A DNA stretch of 64,000 bases from Elsinoe ampelina (Eukaryota). The stretch spans positions 62,001 through 126,000 of the forward strand of contig ML992506.1 in NCBI GenBank assembly GCA_010093995.1. Direction: 5' to 3'. The position numbers and the translations under genes are program-made. The notes under the pieces are model-generated. The model was not told the DNA's origin, did not search any database, and was given only the letters and a program-made list of their open reading frames with translations. Positions within the stretch are counted from its first letter, which is position 1. The number at the start of each line of letters is the position of its first letter. Shown in pieces: positions 12,931 to 23,801 of this stretch.

Positions 12931-13211
12931 GGCTATGCTTTTTGGAAGAGGGCAGGGTTGTCGCAAAGCATGCAGCAAAGAATGCAGAGTTGCGAAGTCA
13001 GATGGAAGGAGGCAAAAGTTGAGTGGTGTGGGGTGACGCGTTGGAGCGCGTCGGCGGGGAGGATTAAGGGACACATTGAGCCGCATGTTTTCAATCTCAC
13101 ACTTCCTTCCTCCGACAAGACTTGCAACTATGTTGGAGGTTTTCGAATGCTTGTAATTCATGATCAGGTAGGGCAGAGCACTGGACCACCTGCCTCTTGC
13201 TTTTCCATGAT

Positions 13212-14264
13212 CTAATCAGTGAACTTCATCCCACCATTCGCACAAATCGTACTCCCCGTACACCACGCACTCTCCTCCCCACAGAGCATCACCACCACGC
13301 CAGCAATCTCCTTATCATACGCCGGCCGTCCCCCCATAATCTTCGCCTGCTCCAACGTCTTCCCATGATCATGTCCCTCCCTTACCCCAGCAAGCGGCGT
13401 ATTCACCGTCCAAGGATTGATCCCCCTCAAGAACTTCTCGTCCACCCCATCCCACATATCCGTCGCCACTGGACCTGGGTTGACGGCGTTGACAGTCGCT
13501 CGTTCCGCCAGCTCCCTCGCCCAGACCTTCGTCATGCCTTCCAGCGCGGCTTTGGTTCCTCCGTACATGCTTTGTCGCTTGAAGCCGCAGGTCGATGAGA
13601 CGGAGGACATGTTGACCACCCTGCCCGAGCGGTCGTGGGGGAGGTAGGGCAGGGCGGCTTGCATGAGGAGTAAAGGCCCGCGGACGTTGATGTGATACAG
13701 GCGGTCGAAGTGGGTGAGATTGTCTTCGTCCAGGCCTGCGTCGTGGGCCACGCCGGCGTTTTGAATGAGGATGTCGATCTGGAAGTTGCTGGATTGGGAG
13801 GGGGAGAAATGTGATTTGGTCTGCTCGATGAGGGTCGAGGGGCCGGTGGTGCTGCCCATGTCGGCTTGGATGGCGTGGGCGGTGATGTTGTATTGGCTGG
13901 AGAGACGGGTGGCGAGGTCGGCGGTTTTGGTGGCTGAAGAGGCGGAGGTATAATTGATCGCTACATTCGCGCCTTTACTGGCCAAGAGCTCGGAGATGGA
14001 GGCTCCAATTCCTGAAGAAGATCAATTGCTGTTCTTAAAGGTGCTTGATCGAGAAGAGAGATCGAGCTGTTCTGTGTGAAGCATACCTCGAGATCCTCCC
14101 GTCACAATTGCAAGCTTGCCTTCCAGCGGTCTGCTCGAGCTATTGCTCGTTACACTAGTAGATGCCATTCTCACTGTGGCAGGGCGGGATACTGCGAGCA
14201 CTTGCTGTCGAGTCAAAGAACAACACAAAGGTTGTCTTCGACTCGCAAAGAGAAAATGATGCAT
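13212..14264 (-). CDS. Short-chain dehydrogenase/reductase (FabG-like)
   Basis: LEGKLAIVTGGSRG|IG across intron 14012-14086, plus NAG, NMSS, YGGTK (YxxxK) and VNAVNPGPVATDM. Two in-frame ATGs at 14264 and 14168. Confidence 0.92.
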
Positions 14265-14525
14265 CTTAGTGGGTCGCGCCAGAAACAGACTTTAATTATT
14301 TGCAATTGAACCACGATTGAAAGATCAGAAAACAGAATTACTGGCGCCGTGATTTGTACAATTGAAGTCGAGGTTGTTGCCCCTCCCCCACTTGCCATCC
14401 GGAAGCCCCCCATTTGCCCCGAACGCCCCCTCTAATGCTCCGGTGGGTGAATCACTACTGTTCTGTTGCACTGATTGCCTCTCCTTACATCATCTCTCTG
14501 TCTGTTACTGTCGTCGATTTGGTGT

Positions 14526-15011
14526 CTAATCAAGACCAAGCTCAGCTAGCAGGTCCAAGAGCGACTGGCGAAAATTGGAAGTATTGTGATAATCGTGGGG
14601 TGAATCGTCGGTGTAAGTGGAGCCAGAGTCAGCTGTTGGTGAGTCCACAGTCTGCCTTGTCTGCCTTGGAGGTAGGTGATCATATGCAATTACTAGACTC
14701 CCATTACGGCAGTAATCCCACATGCCTTCGTGATCGCGTGAGTCCACTAGGGCGGCTTCTGCAGGACTGAGATCTTCATTGATGCCACATGTTGGATCCA
14801 TGACTTGAAGAGCCGGGCGGGCGGTCATGTTGACAGGTGAGCCGTCAGGATTGGCCCACACTGGGCGATTGTCGCTCACCGAGTGAGGTAGTCGTATGCC
14901 CGACATGCTACCCGGAGCTTCGCTGTCGAACTCGTAGTAGTTGCCGTGCAACTTGCCGTTGACCCGGCTTCTTTGGACCAAGATGTCCCCTGCTGTGCGG
15001 TGGGCATTCAC
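14526..15011 (-). CDS. Orphan ORF (161 aa); possibly a remnant of the upstream RING locus
   Basis: Open frame with ATG and protein-like composition, but no recognised motif. Confidence 0.25.
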   Translation of the reverse strand: MNAHRTAGDILVQRSRVNGKLHGNYYEFDSEAPGSMSGIRLPHSVSDNRPVWANPDGSPVNMTARPALQVMDPTCGINEDLSPAEAALVDSRDHEGMWDYCRNGSLVIAYDHLPPRQTRQTVDSPTADSGSTYTDDSPHDYHNTSNFRQSLLDLLAELGLD

Positions 15012-15967
15012 CCTTGCCCGCTCCTCCCTACGCTGCCTGGCTGTCGTCTGGACGTCGAATCAGTATACCAAAGCTTGTTGTGTGAGCATAAACTAACCCT
15101 GGTGCTCACCAAGGGCGGATATGTCTCTTGAGAGACGAGCGAGGTAGCAAAGTATCCGCTGGGGATACCTTGATGGTACTCCCCAGCGTATGGGCCGTGC
15201 ACCCAATACAGCGCTGCCATGCGCTCTTCATTGCGGTGACAGCTGCACCAGGGGCACGGCGCCCGGGGCAGCTCGGCGGGAAGATGGTAGGTTGCTCCTA
15301 TGCAGACTTGTCAGTGTGCCATTTGTCATGTCAACCAAGTGAGCAATGTGGTAGGTCAAGGTCGGGGCGTCTTGGCCAGTATGATGATGTGCAACCAAGT
15401 GTGCTACAAGAGGGTCTGTCAGGCGAGCTCTGGCTTTGCAACAGCAGTGACCAGAGCGATGGCGAAATTGATGGGCAAAACGAGCGGCATGGTACCGAGA
15501 TCGATGCTAGGGGTCATCGTGGGTCAATTGTGGAGGCCGATCTATGGCAAGATCCAGGCTTCGATGCTTTCCAGTTCCGGTCGCAGATCCGTGAGTTAGA
15601 TCATCCGGTGTGAGCGTGAGCCAGCGTGTAGACCTTCTGCGTGCATGTCGCTGTCGGTGATAACCGGCTAGGGCGTGTAGTATATGCTAACAGCCTCACT
15701 GGTGGGACGGCCATGCTAGGCGATGGGGCGCTGTTGTGGCTATTTGTACAGTCCTGATCTTGCCATTCCACATTGCTCTTTCCTTCGGTCATTGCTGACA
15801 GTACATTGGACCTGCGTTATGGTCATGGTGCCCAAGAACAATTTGAGGGACCTGTTTGCTAATCTCCTTCTCCACCTCTTTGACTCACCGCAGAACAGGT
15901 TGCTGAAGACTTCGATAGGCCAGATCGTTGATTGGTTGAGTCGTTATTCAGTACCCTCATAGCCAGG

Positions 15968-16273
15968 CTAGAAGGTTCGCAATTGGCAACATCGATTGCC
16001 TCCAGTACAGTCCGACGAACTACCAGCCGATATGTCGAGTTCGTAGCAACACATACGGCAGTGCAAAGACGCTGGGGACAAAAGGAGCAAAACAGGCTGT
16101 AACGTACCTTTACCGAGATGCTCGCCGCAGATCAGGTGTCCGCAATCTGTGAGCCACATACGAGCCCGTCCCCCTCTACGCAAGTCTGTGAGCTTGACAT
16201 TGCAGACTGCGCAGCAGGGTTCTGCGTTGGTCGGGGCTGTCGGCGCTTGCGCTGGAATTTCCATTGAGGGCAT
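15968..16273 (-). pseudogene. N-terminal RING finger resembling Zip3/RNF212/HEI10 meiotic E3 ligases; downstream frames interrupted
   Basis: CAVC...WLTDCGHLICGEH...CRMC ligand pattern at the N-terminus. I could not build a continuous spliced frame downstream. Confidence 0.4.
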
Positions 16274-16604
16274 AATGAACGATAAGTGACGAGAGATTTA
16301 GGAGGCCGAGAGAGACTGCAGTTGATAAAAGGAATCGCTGGGTAGTGTGTGAAGTGGAATCCTGCTTCGTGTGTGTGCGATAACGAAAAGTGCGTGCGGA
16401 AGGAGAAGCGAGATGCTCCGACTTCACATGTTGGACACGGCCCGGCTGGCGAGCCACCAGTGGATAGGAAAACGCACTACACATCACTTACATTCAAGAT
16501 CTCACAGGTTCCAAGGAGGAGCTTCAAATCACTGATATGGTCATTTTTCATGCAGTAGCAGCTACTTCAGCCGCTTCTACTGCGTCTATGATCGGAGGAG
16601 GCGT

Positions 16605-17289
16605 CTATGCAAAAGTCCTACATGGGTATCTGTGATATTGTTAGCACAAAAGTCAAAGTCACCGTCTACAATAGTAACGCACTTGTTCTCGTATGTTTGT
16701 TCTTCCAGCATCTCGTACCGCTTACTGCCAGTGGGAGCCAGCGAGGCTGGGAGAGGAGGCAAGCCATTGGGGCCAAGTACACTGATGCCGGCCTTCTGGT
16801 TCTTCTGAAAGAATGCCGCTAGCCCTTTCTCGCCCTCCTCCTTGACTGCCACAAGCTGCTTACTCCCTGCCTCCCCAATCTGTAGCACGTCGTCTTTTGG
16901 GCTCTTGGCGCTTCCCACCGTCAACAGCGCTACGACGTCCGGCTGCCGCACAACGCTGAGCTTTGGATATGACCTCCTGACATCTCTCTTCCAGTACGGG
17001 TTCTCGGCCAAGTCGCCGGCGGGAATGGTCACCGGGTCAGTGTACTCCTTGGGATCGTTTCCTCCGGGCGGTGGATTGCGGAATTGAGGATTCATAGGAA
17101 TACCCGTGGATCGCTTCCAGTCGACTGCAAATATCTTGTTGATCCGTTGCCATATGCCTGAGGGCTGGACTGTGTATTTCTAGACAATGAATGAGCCTTT
17201 GTTCCTGCCGTTCGATGTCCCAATTGTACCTGAAACCTGGCAGCTCTAGCTGCGCTAGATGCCGCAGTCTTTGCGAGGTCTGCCACCAT
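16605..17289 (-). CDS. NADH:ubiquinone oxidoreductase 21.3 kDa accessory subunit (NUZM/nuo-21.3a type)
   Basis: MVADLAK...RFQ|KYTVQPSGIWQRINKIFAVD...NPQFRNPPPG...DLAENPYWKRDVRRSYP...|YPCRTFA*. Introns 17180-17229 and 16630-16682. Confidence 0.88.
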
Positions 17290-17375
17290 GGTTAACAGTC
17301 GTCGCAGAGTGATGCAGCGCCTTTTGCAGTGGACGATGACAAGCTGGTTGATGGAGTGAAGTCGAGGGGATGCCG

Positions 17376-17405
17376 CTGCAGCCAATCATGGGGTCGGAAA
17401 TTGAT
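17376..17405 (+). promoter_or_regulatory. CCAAT box with candidate HapX/CBC bipartite site in the complex I / PQ-loop divergent promoter
   Basis: CAGCCAATCA. CCAAT (17382-86) is followed by 12 nt, then AAT, then TGAT. Confidence 0.4.
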
Positions 17406-17584
17406 CGCATGTCATTAGTCTTGGCGGGTTTTGCTCTTTTCCCAGTACCAACTTTGTCTTCACTTTGTTGGGACGCAATCGATATCTGCTTTTCGCGTCC
17501 TCTTCTCCTTCCTTCAGACATGCGAGGGGACAGACTGCAATCCCTACTTCATTCCTTACCTGGTCCTCACTTGTGAACGACAAA

Positions 17585-18673
17585 ATGGCGGTCACTACCC
17601 AACTTACCGTATCCGAAGCCTTGTCAGGTATCTCTGGCTCTGTGTCTCTGGCAGCATGGGTCTTCCTGCTCGTAAGAACCCCATTGGCTTTGTTGCGCGT
17701 TAGGCTGAAAGGGAGACAGGTACCGCAGTTGATTGAGAACTACAAGCAAGGTTCCGCCGCAGGAGTCTCCCTCCTATTCCTGGCGGTATGGATGCTCGGA
17801 GACATTACCAACCTGATTGGCGCCGTGTGGGCAGACCTCGTACCTACTGTAATTGCTCTAGCGATCTACTTTTGCATTGCCGACACGATTCTCATTCTAC
17901 AATGCTTGTATTATAACGCCTTGAATGCACGAAGGGAAAAGAGGCGGCTTGCGCAGGAAGAAAGTGCAGCAACAGAAAGCGATCCACTCTTGACGAGGAC
18001 GATATCGAATGGAGCAGTGACTGCTGAGAACCTTGGCCTACCTGGTAGCAGAAGGAGAAGCAGTGAGGGCCGAAGGAGTAAGCCGAGTACCAGTGAACGA
18101 CGAGACAGCCTTTCGAGGATACTCGAGGAGGACACACCCAGGCGGGCCTGGCTGAAGAACACATTGAGCGTTATATTGATCGTCTTGGCCGGAACAGCAG
18201 GCTGGGCAATCGCATGGAGGGCAGGGGCTTGGAAGCCAACACCTGTTTCCAGTCCAGGTGAAGAGGAAGACACCCCTATTGGAGCAGAGATACTTGGCTA
18301 CGCTAGTGCCGTACTCTATCTTGGGTTCGTCGTTACATTGTACGTTCTCTCGAACGGTGCTGATGTGTCGCAGTGCTCGTATACCCCAAATCATGAAGAA
18401 CCACCGGGAGAGATCCTGTGAAGGACTATCGCTGTTGTTCTTCCTTCTCTCAGTCCTAGGAAACTTGACCTATGGCGCAGGGGTATGTTCGATCTAGTCT
18501 GGATATTCACTGATTGTCGCTGACCGCTTCAGATTTTGCTTCATTCCCTCGAGCGCCAGTATGTGATAAAGAACGTACCGTGGTTGATTGGGTCGTTAGG
18601 CACCATGGCTGAGGATGCCATTATCTTCCATCAGTTTCATATATACGGCGAGAGCTCGTCGGCTGTACAATAA
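17585..18673 (+). CDS. Vacuolar PQ-loop cationic amino-acid transporter (Ypq1/PQLC2 family)
   Basis: Two PQ motifs (VPQLIENYK; ARIPQIMKN) and an ESDPLL dileucine sorting signal. Introns 17672-17719, 18325-18373 and 18483-18532. Confidence 0.9.
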
Positions 18674-19054
18674 ATGTGTAGAAATGTAATACTGTTTGCG
18701 AAGGCTGGATGCCACTCGGAGTCGACCCTGCCTCGCGATTGAAGCACACCTGAAATGAGATACGGTCTCAGACCCCTGGATCTAGCAGCCTGTCGAAAGA
18801 GGTCTGACAAAGCAGAGACGCCTTTGTGTCTTGATTCCTGTCAAAGAATGTCCCAACTCGAACAATGGCCAAGTCGGTCTGCTTGACAATGTCTTTGTCT
18901 TGTTCTGCGCAGAACATGAGTCATCGAGGCCGAAGAGATGTCGTGTCTCAGTTGCTGCATAAATGGCTGCTTGTGGCTGCCCCCGAGGTGGCTGTCATCT
19001 TCTAGTCTCCATTGCCCCCTTCTCTCGGTAGTTGATCAGACCCGACACATTACC

Positions 19055-20122
19055 ATGGACGACTTCAATGCTGGTGCTCTCCGAGGGCTCGTCAATATTA
19101 CCAAGATCGTCGTCAAGTACTTCGAGGAGGCTCATCCGAAGCCCACGACATCTGATGCTGGCCATCTTCCTGTCGTAGTTGAGCCAAAGCCCAAAGGAAC
19201 TTTCCCCTTCCTCAAGCTGCCGGCCGAGCTTCGTCACAAGGTTTACGAGCACGTTGTCGACCAGTCAGACTCATCAAGCTCGAGCGTCCAGCCTGGTATT
19301 GCTGGTGCATGCCGCCAGACCAGGGCTGAGTCCATCCAGTTGTACTTCAAGATGACTACTGTCAGTCTGCAATTCAACTTCCCGCCCGTCTGTCTGAGCC
19401 TCTTCCAATTCATTAACAGCCGTCACGCAAACTCGGTCATGAGAGCCAGCAGCCCGGTCGCTCCTCCATTCATCCATCTTGACATCACGGCTGGTCCTCC
19501 GTTTCTAGCACGTCCAGTGCTAGACAGCAAGATCCCAGGATTCGACTTGCCAGACGGTGTGGAATACTTGCTCGGTCTGCAGAACAAAGGTAAGTCGCTC
19601 CCAACCCGCATCCAGTTCCCAGTGACGTGGGCTCCCGACGGTCTCAGTGGTGTGTTGCTGACAGCAGGTGTCGGTGAATTCGACCCTCACGCCGCTCGCC
19701 TGGTCTTGACCGTCGCTTACAACCATGCCACTGGCGCTCTCAAGCTGGAACGTGTCGAGGAGATCTGTACGACGACCGTGCTCTTTCCTGCCAAAGTCGA
19801 GCAGCATCGCTACAGCCTCATCCAGTATAGTGGCGTCCCTCGCGATTGTCCAACCTTCTTCACCCAGACAAAGCGTCCCGACACCGCTCGTCCTGCTATC
19901 CTCGCCCAGGGTGTCCATGATGCGTTTCTGCCGTTGTTTCACATGGTGAACGAGGCGGTTCCTCGTAGTGCTTGGGCGGGTATCAAGAACGGTGAGGCGC
20001 ACAGATTGATCTGGATGGTGCAGCTTATTGGTGCTTTCCAGTCGAGCGTGTTCTATCAGCATGAGGCGATATACTTTACTCGTCGCTTCACGGGTCGTGA
20101 GATTTCTTTCGCCAAGTGGTAG
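19055..20122 (+). CDS. F-box-like protein, paralogue A
   Basis: FPFLKLPAELRHKVYEHVV...PGIAGACRQTRAESIQLYF, an F-box/2EXR-like pattern. Intronless ORF with strong codon bias. Confidence 0.75.
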   Translation: MDDFNAGALRGLVNITKIVVKYFEEAHPKPTTSDAGHLPVVVEPKPKGTFPFLKLPAELRHKVYEHVVDQSDSSSSSVQPGIAGACRQTRAESIQLYFKMTTVSLQFNFPPVCLSLFQFINSRHANSVMRASSPVAPPFIHLDITAGPPFLARPVLDSKIPGFDLPDGVEYLLGLQNKGKSLPTRIQFPVTWAPDGLSGVLLTAGVGEFDPHAARLVLTVAYNHATGALKLERVEEICTTTVLFPAKVEQHRYSLIQYSGVPRDCPTFFTQTKRPDTARPAILAQGVHDAFLPLFHMVNEAVPRSAWAGIKNGEAHRLIWMVQLIGAFQSSVFYQHEAIYFTRRFTGREISFAKW

Positions 20123-20776
20123 GATGCCTCGGGACTGGACCCTGGTATGGTGTGGTGTACTTCGATCGGGGTCCTCACGCGCTGTGACTATGCTGAGTTG
20201 CAGGTAAGTTAATGCTTAGTAGCTTGGTGCTGCTTCTCCCTTTGTTCTTCTTCGCCACTTGTCGCTGGGCGGACATTGAGCGTGAGTTCTGCTGTCATGG
20301 ATGCTATCCAGAAGCCATGAAGTACCTCTAGCCATGGCGAAGAAGACCCTAGCAAGATTAATGCACCTTTCCTCCAATGGACACTGTATCTTCTTGATTG
20401 AATTTATCCCGCAACCGTGATGTTCCCTTTTCCTATCAATGTCGCGTTCTTGATAGATGCCCGAGCACCCAAACGTGCCACCCACCTCGGAGGTCGGGTA
20501 GTGATCACCATTACAGAGGCCAGACATAAGCTCGAATGATTGTGTTACTTGGGAGTGGTGTGTAAAAAAATTTAGTGCCCATGACTGACAAAGGGAAGGG
20601 ATCGGACGTGACCCGGCTTGATAGAGCGAGTGGCCTTTGTGCTTCACGCGCGACATTTTCTTTGACGTCGACCATCCTCTTCCGGCATTCAGACTCCAAC
20701 ATCTTCATACGATCGCCCCATAATCTACTTTCTCCTTCTCAAGCTCAACAACACAGGATAGACGTGCACACTCAGC

Positions 20777-22186
20777 ATGTCTTTTGATCCATTGTCCGAT
20801 GCCATGGTCGTCGACGACAAATCACAGCCTTCACCTGCAGGGCTCGACGATGAATCACGACTTCCACCTCTTTCACCAGCCTCGACCATCGTCGGAGACT
20901 GGATTGAACCGAGATCCGACTTTGAGGGCGATGCAGCCGCCGAAGCAGATACAGAATGGGGCTGGGCAGTAACTGATACTCCGTATCACGACATGGTGGC
21001 CCATCTCGACCTCGACGCGTTGAAAGTGTTACCTTTTATCAAGTGTCCCAAAGCTCAGACATTCACGCCAGAAGACGCCATCATTTCCTTTGCAATCATG
21101 ACGGAGCGCGAACGCAGAAAATACGAACCAACATTGCTGCACCTCGTACGCAATCGACGCCCAGGGCCCCCTCCCCTCATCGCCACCGTGCCCTTTGAGA
21201 CAAGATCTTCCTCGGGCGAGGAGCTGAATTTCGGTGCAAATCAGGGCGGCCGATTCTTGTCCAACATCCCGCTAGAGATTCGTCGCATGATCTATTCCGC
21301 CGCCAGCACCAAGACTGTGGGCCGTCTCATGCGAAGCTGCAAGCAAGTTTACTTGGAAGCTCGCCCCTCTCTCTATCAAAACAATCCTCTACTCGACATC
21401 GCTTCCGGAGCGATTCCCCTCTGCCTCGATTCTCTGCGGACTACCTCCAATACTCGGCGTCATGACGACCACGGTGTGTGGGTTACAAATTTACCGATGC
21501 CGCCTCTCTTTGAAATCTTCGACCGACGCAACATGAGCGAACTAGGGAACACCAAATGGTCTGGCAGCGTCAACGAAGGCTTGAACGAGGGAACGATCCG
21601 GAGCCTAGCCACTGAGGACTGGCAGAAGGTCAAGACTGCCCGGCTACACGTCACCTTCCACACTGATACTCTGGCCTGCCTCTGCTACTGGGGTGATCCC
21701 TTGGGTACTACTTACTGCGAGGATTACCACTTTCGCGAACTCGAGCTGAGCTTGCGATTGAACCATGATGATGGATCGCTGGTGTTGGAGCGAGTGGCGT
21801 TGATGAAGGGGCCGGAGGTGAAGATGCTTGTGGACCTCGAGCTTGTGCCAAAGGGTACGCAGGGAGTGGTGTTGTGGGAGGACGGGAAGACCTTGTCAAG
21901 CCGGTCAGCAGGGGTCAAGCTGATCGACTACCCTTGGGATGAGACCCAGGAGAGGCGGGAGTGGAGGAATGTCAAGAAGGCTGGTGGGATGTTCAGGAAG
22001 GTGGTAGGAGTGATAAATGCCGTTGTACCTCCGGAGAAGTGGGAGGAGATGGGAGAGCGTGGGCGCAGGGAGAGGTGGATCTGGATGCTGCGATTGGTGG
22101 GAAGCATGCAAATCAGTGTGCAGCACCAGACGGAGCACATTATGTCGAATGGGACGGGGGGGTGGTGTTTCTGGAATGAGGAGTGA
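20777..22186 (+). CDS. F-box-like protein, paralogue B
   Basis: FLSNIPLEIRRMIYSAA...LMRSCKQVYLEARPSLY. The C-terminus aligns by eye to paralogue A. Confidence 0.75.
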   Translation: MSFDPLSDAMVVDDKSQPSPAGLDDESRLPPLSPASTIVGDWIEPRSDFEGDAAAEADTEWGWAVTDTPYHDMVAHLDLDALKVLPFIKCPKAQTFTPEDAIISFAIMTERERRKYEPTLLHLVRNRRPGPPPLIATVPFETRSSSGEELNFGANQGGRFLSNIPLEIRRMIYSAASTKTVGRLMRSCKQVYLEARPSLYQNNPLLDIASGAIPLCLDSLRTTSNTRRHDDHGVWVTNLPMPPLFEIFDRRNMSELGNTKWSGSVNEGLNEGTIRSLATEDWQKVKTARLHVTFHTDTLACLCYWGDPLGTTYCEDYHFRELELSLRLNHDDGSLVLERVALMKGPEVKMLVDLELVPKGTQGVVLWEDGKTLSSRSAGVKLIDYPWDETQERREWRNVKKAGGMFRKVVGVINAVVPPEKWEEMGERGRRERWIWMLRLVGSMQISVQHQTEHIMSNGTGGWCFWNEE

Positions 22187-22394
22187 GACATGAAGGCAAG
22201 GGTGGAGCTCAGCAAACAGCACTTGTACAAATACAGATCTCGACAATACACTCGCTGTACATCAGCCCAGCAGGCTCATCACGAGCGACATTAGAGGTCT
22301 CGGTGCAGATCAGTAAACGTCTAGAACAATTTGGAGCAAAGAGAAGTCGAGCAAAGAAGTGGATTGAAATCCGCGGATCTGTGCCGCGGTCGGA

Positions 22395-22414
22395 AATACG
22401 CCGGCTTTGATTGG
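22395..22414 (-). promoter_or_regulatory. Candidate CCAAT-N12-RWT (CBC:HapX) site upstream of HEM2
   Basis: Minus strand reads CCAAT-caaagccggcgt-ATT, about 260 nt upstream of the HEM2 ATG. Confidence 0.35.
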
Positions 22415-22625
22415 TCGAGCTCTTTCGGCGGGATGACATGATGTTTGATCTTCTTCGACCTCGAATTGTTCTGCTCATCCCCGTCTCACCTCATTCTCTC
22501 GGCACTTTTTCCTCTGCAGACTCGATCTTCAACGTCCTCCCGATTCTACGCTGTGCTACTTGCACACGAGTCTTTCCCGACTGCTGGACAGTCTTGCTCA
22601 GCGCATACCAGGTCACCTCGGTTAA

Positions 22626-23801
<1,176 letters not shown>

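Noticed and set aside
15093..15100. CTAACCCT as a possible telomerase RNA template
   Set aside because: It is only 8 nt, is also a branch-point-like word seen elsewhere (2753), and I could identify no pseudoknot or CR4/5 element.
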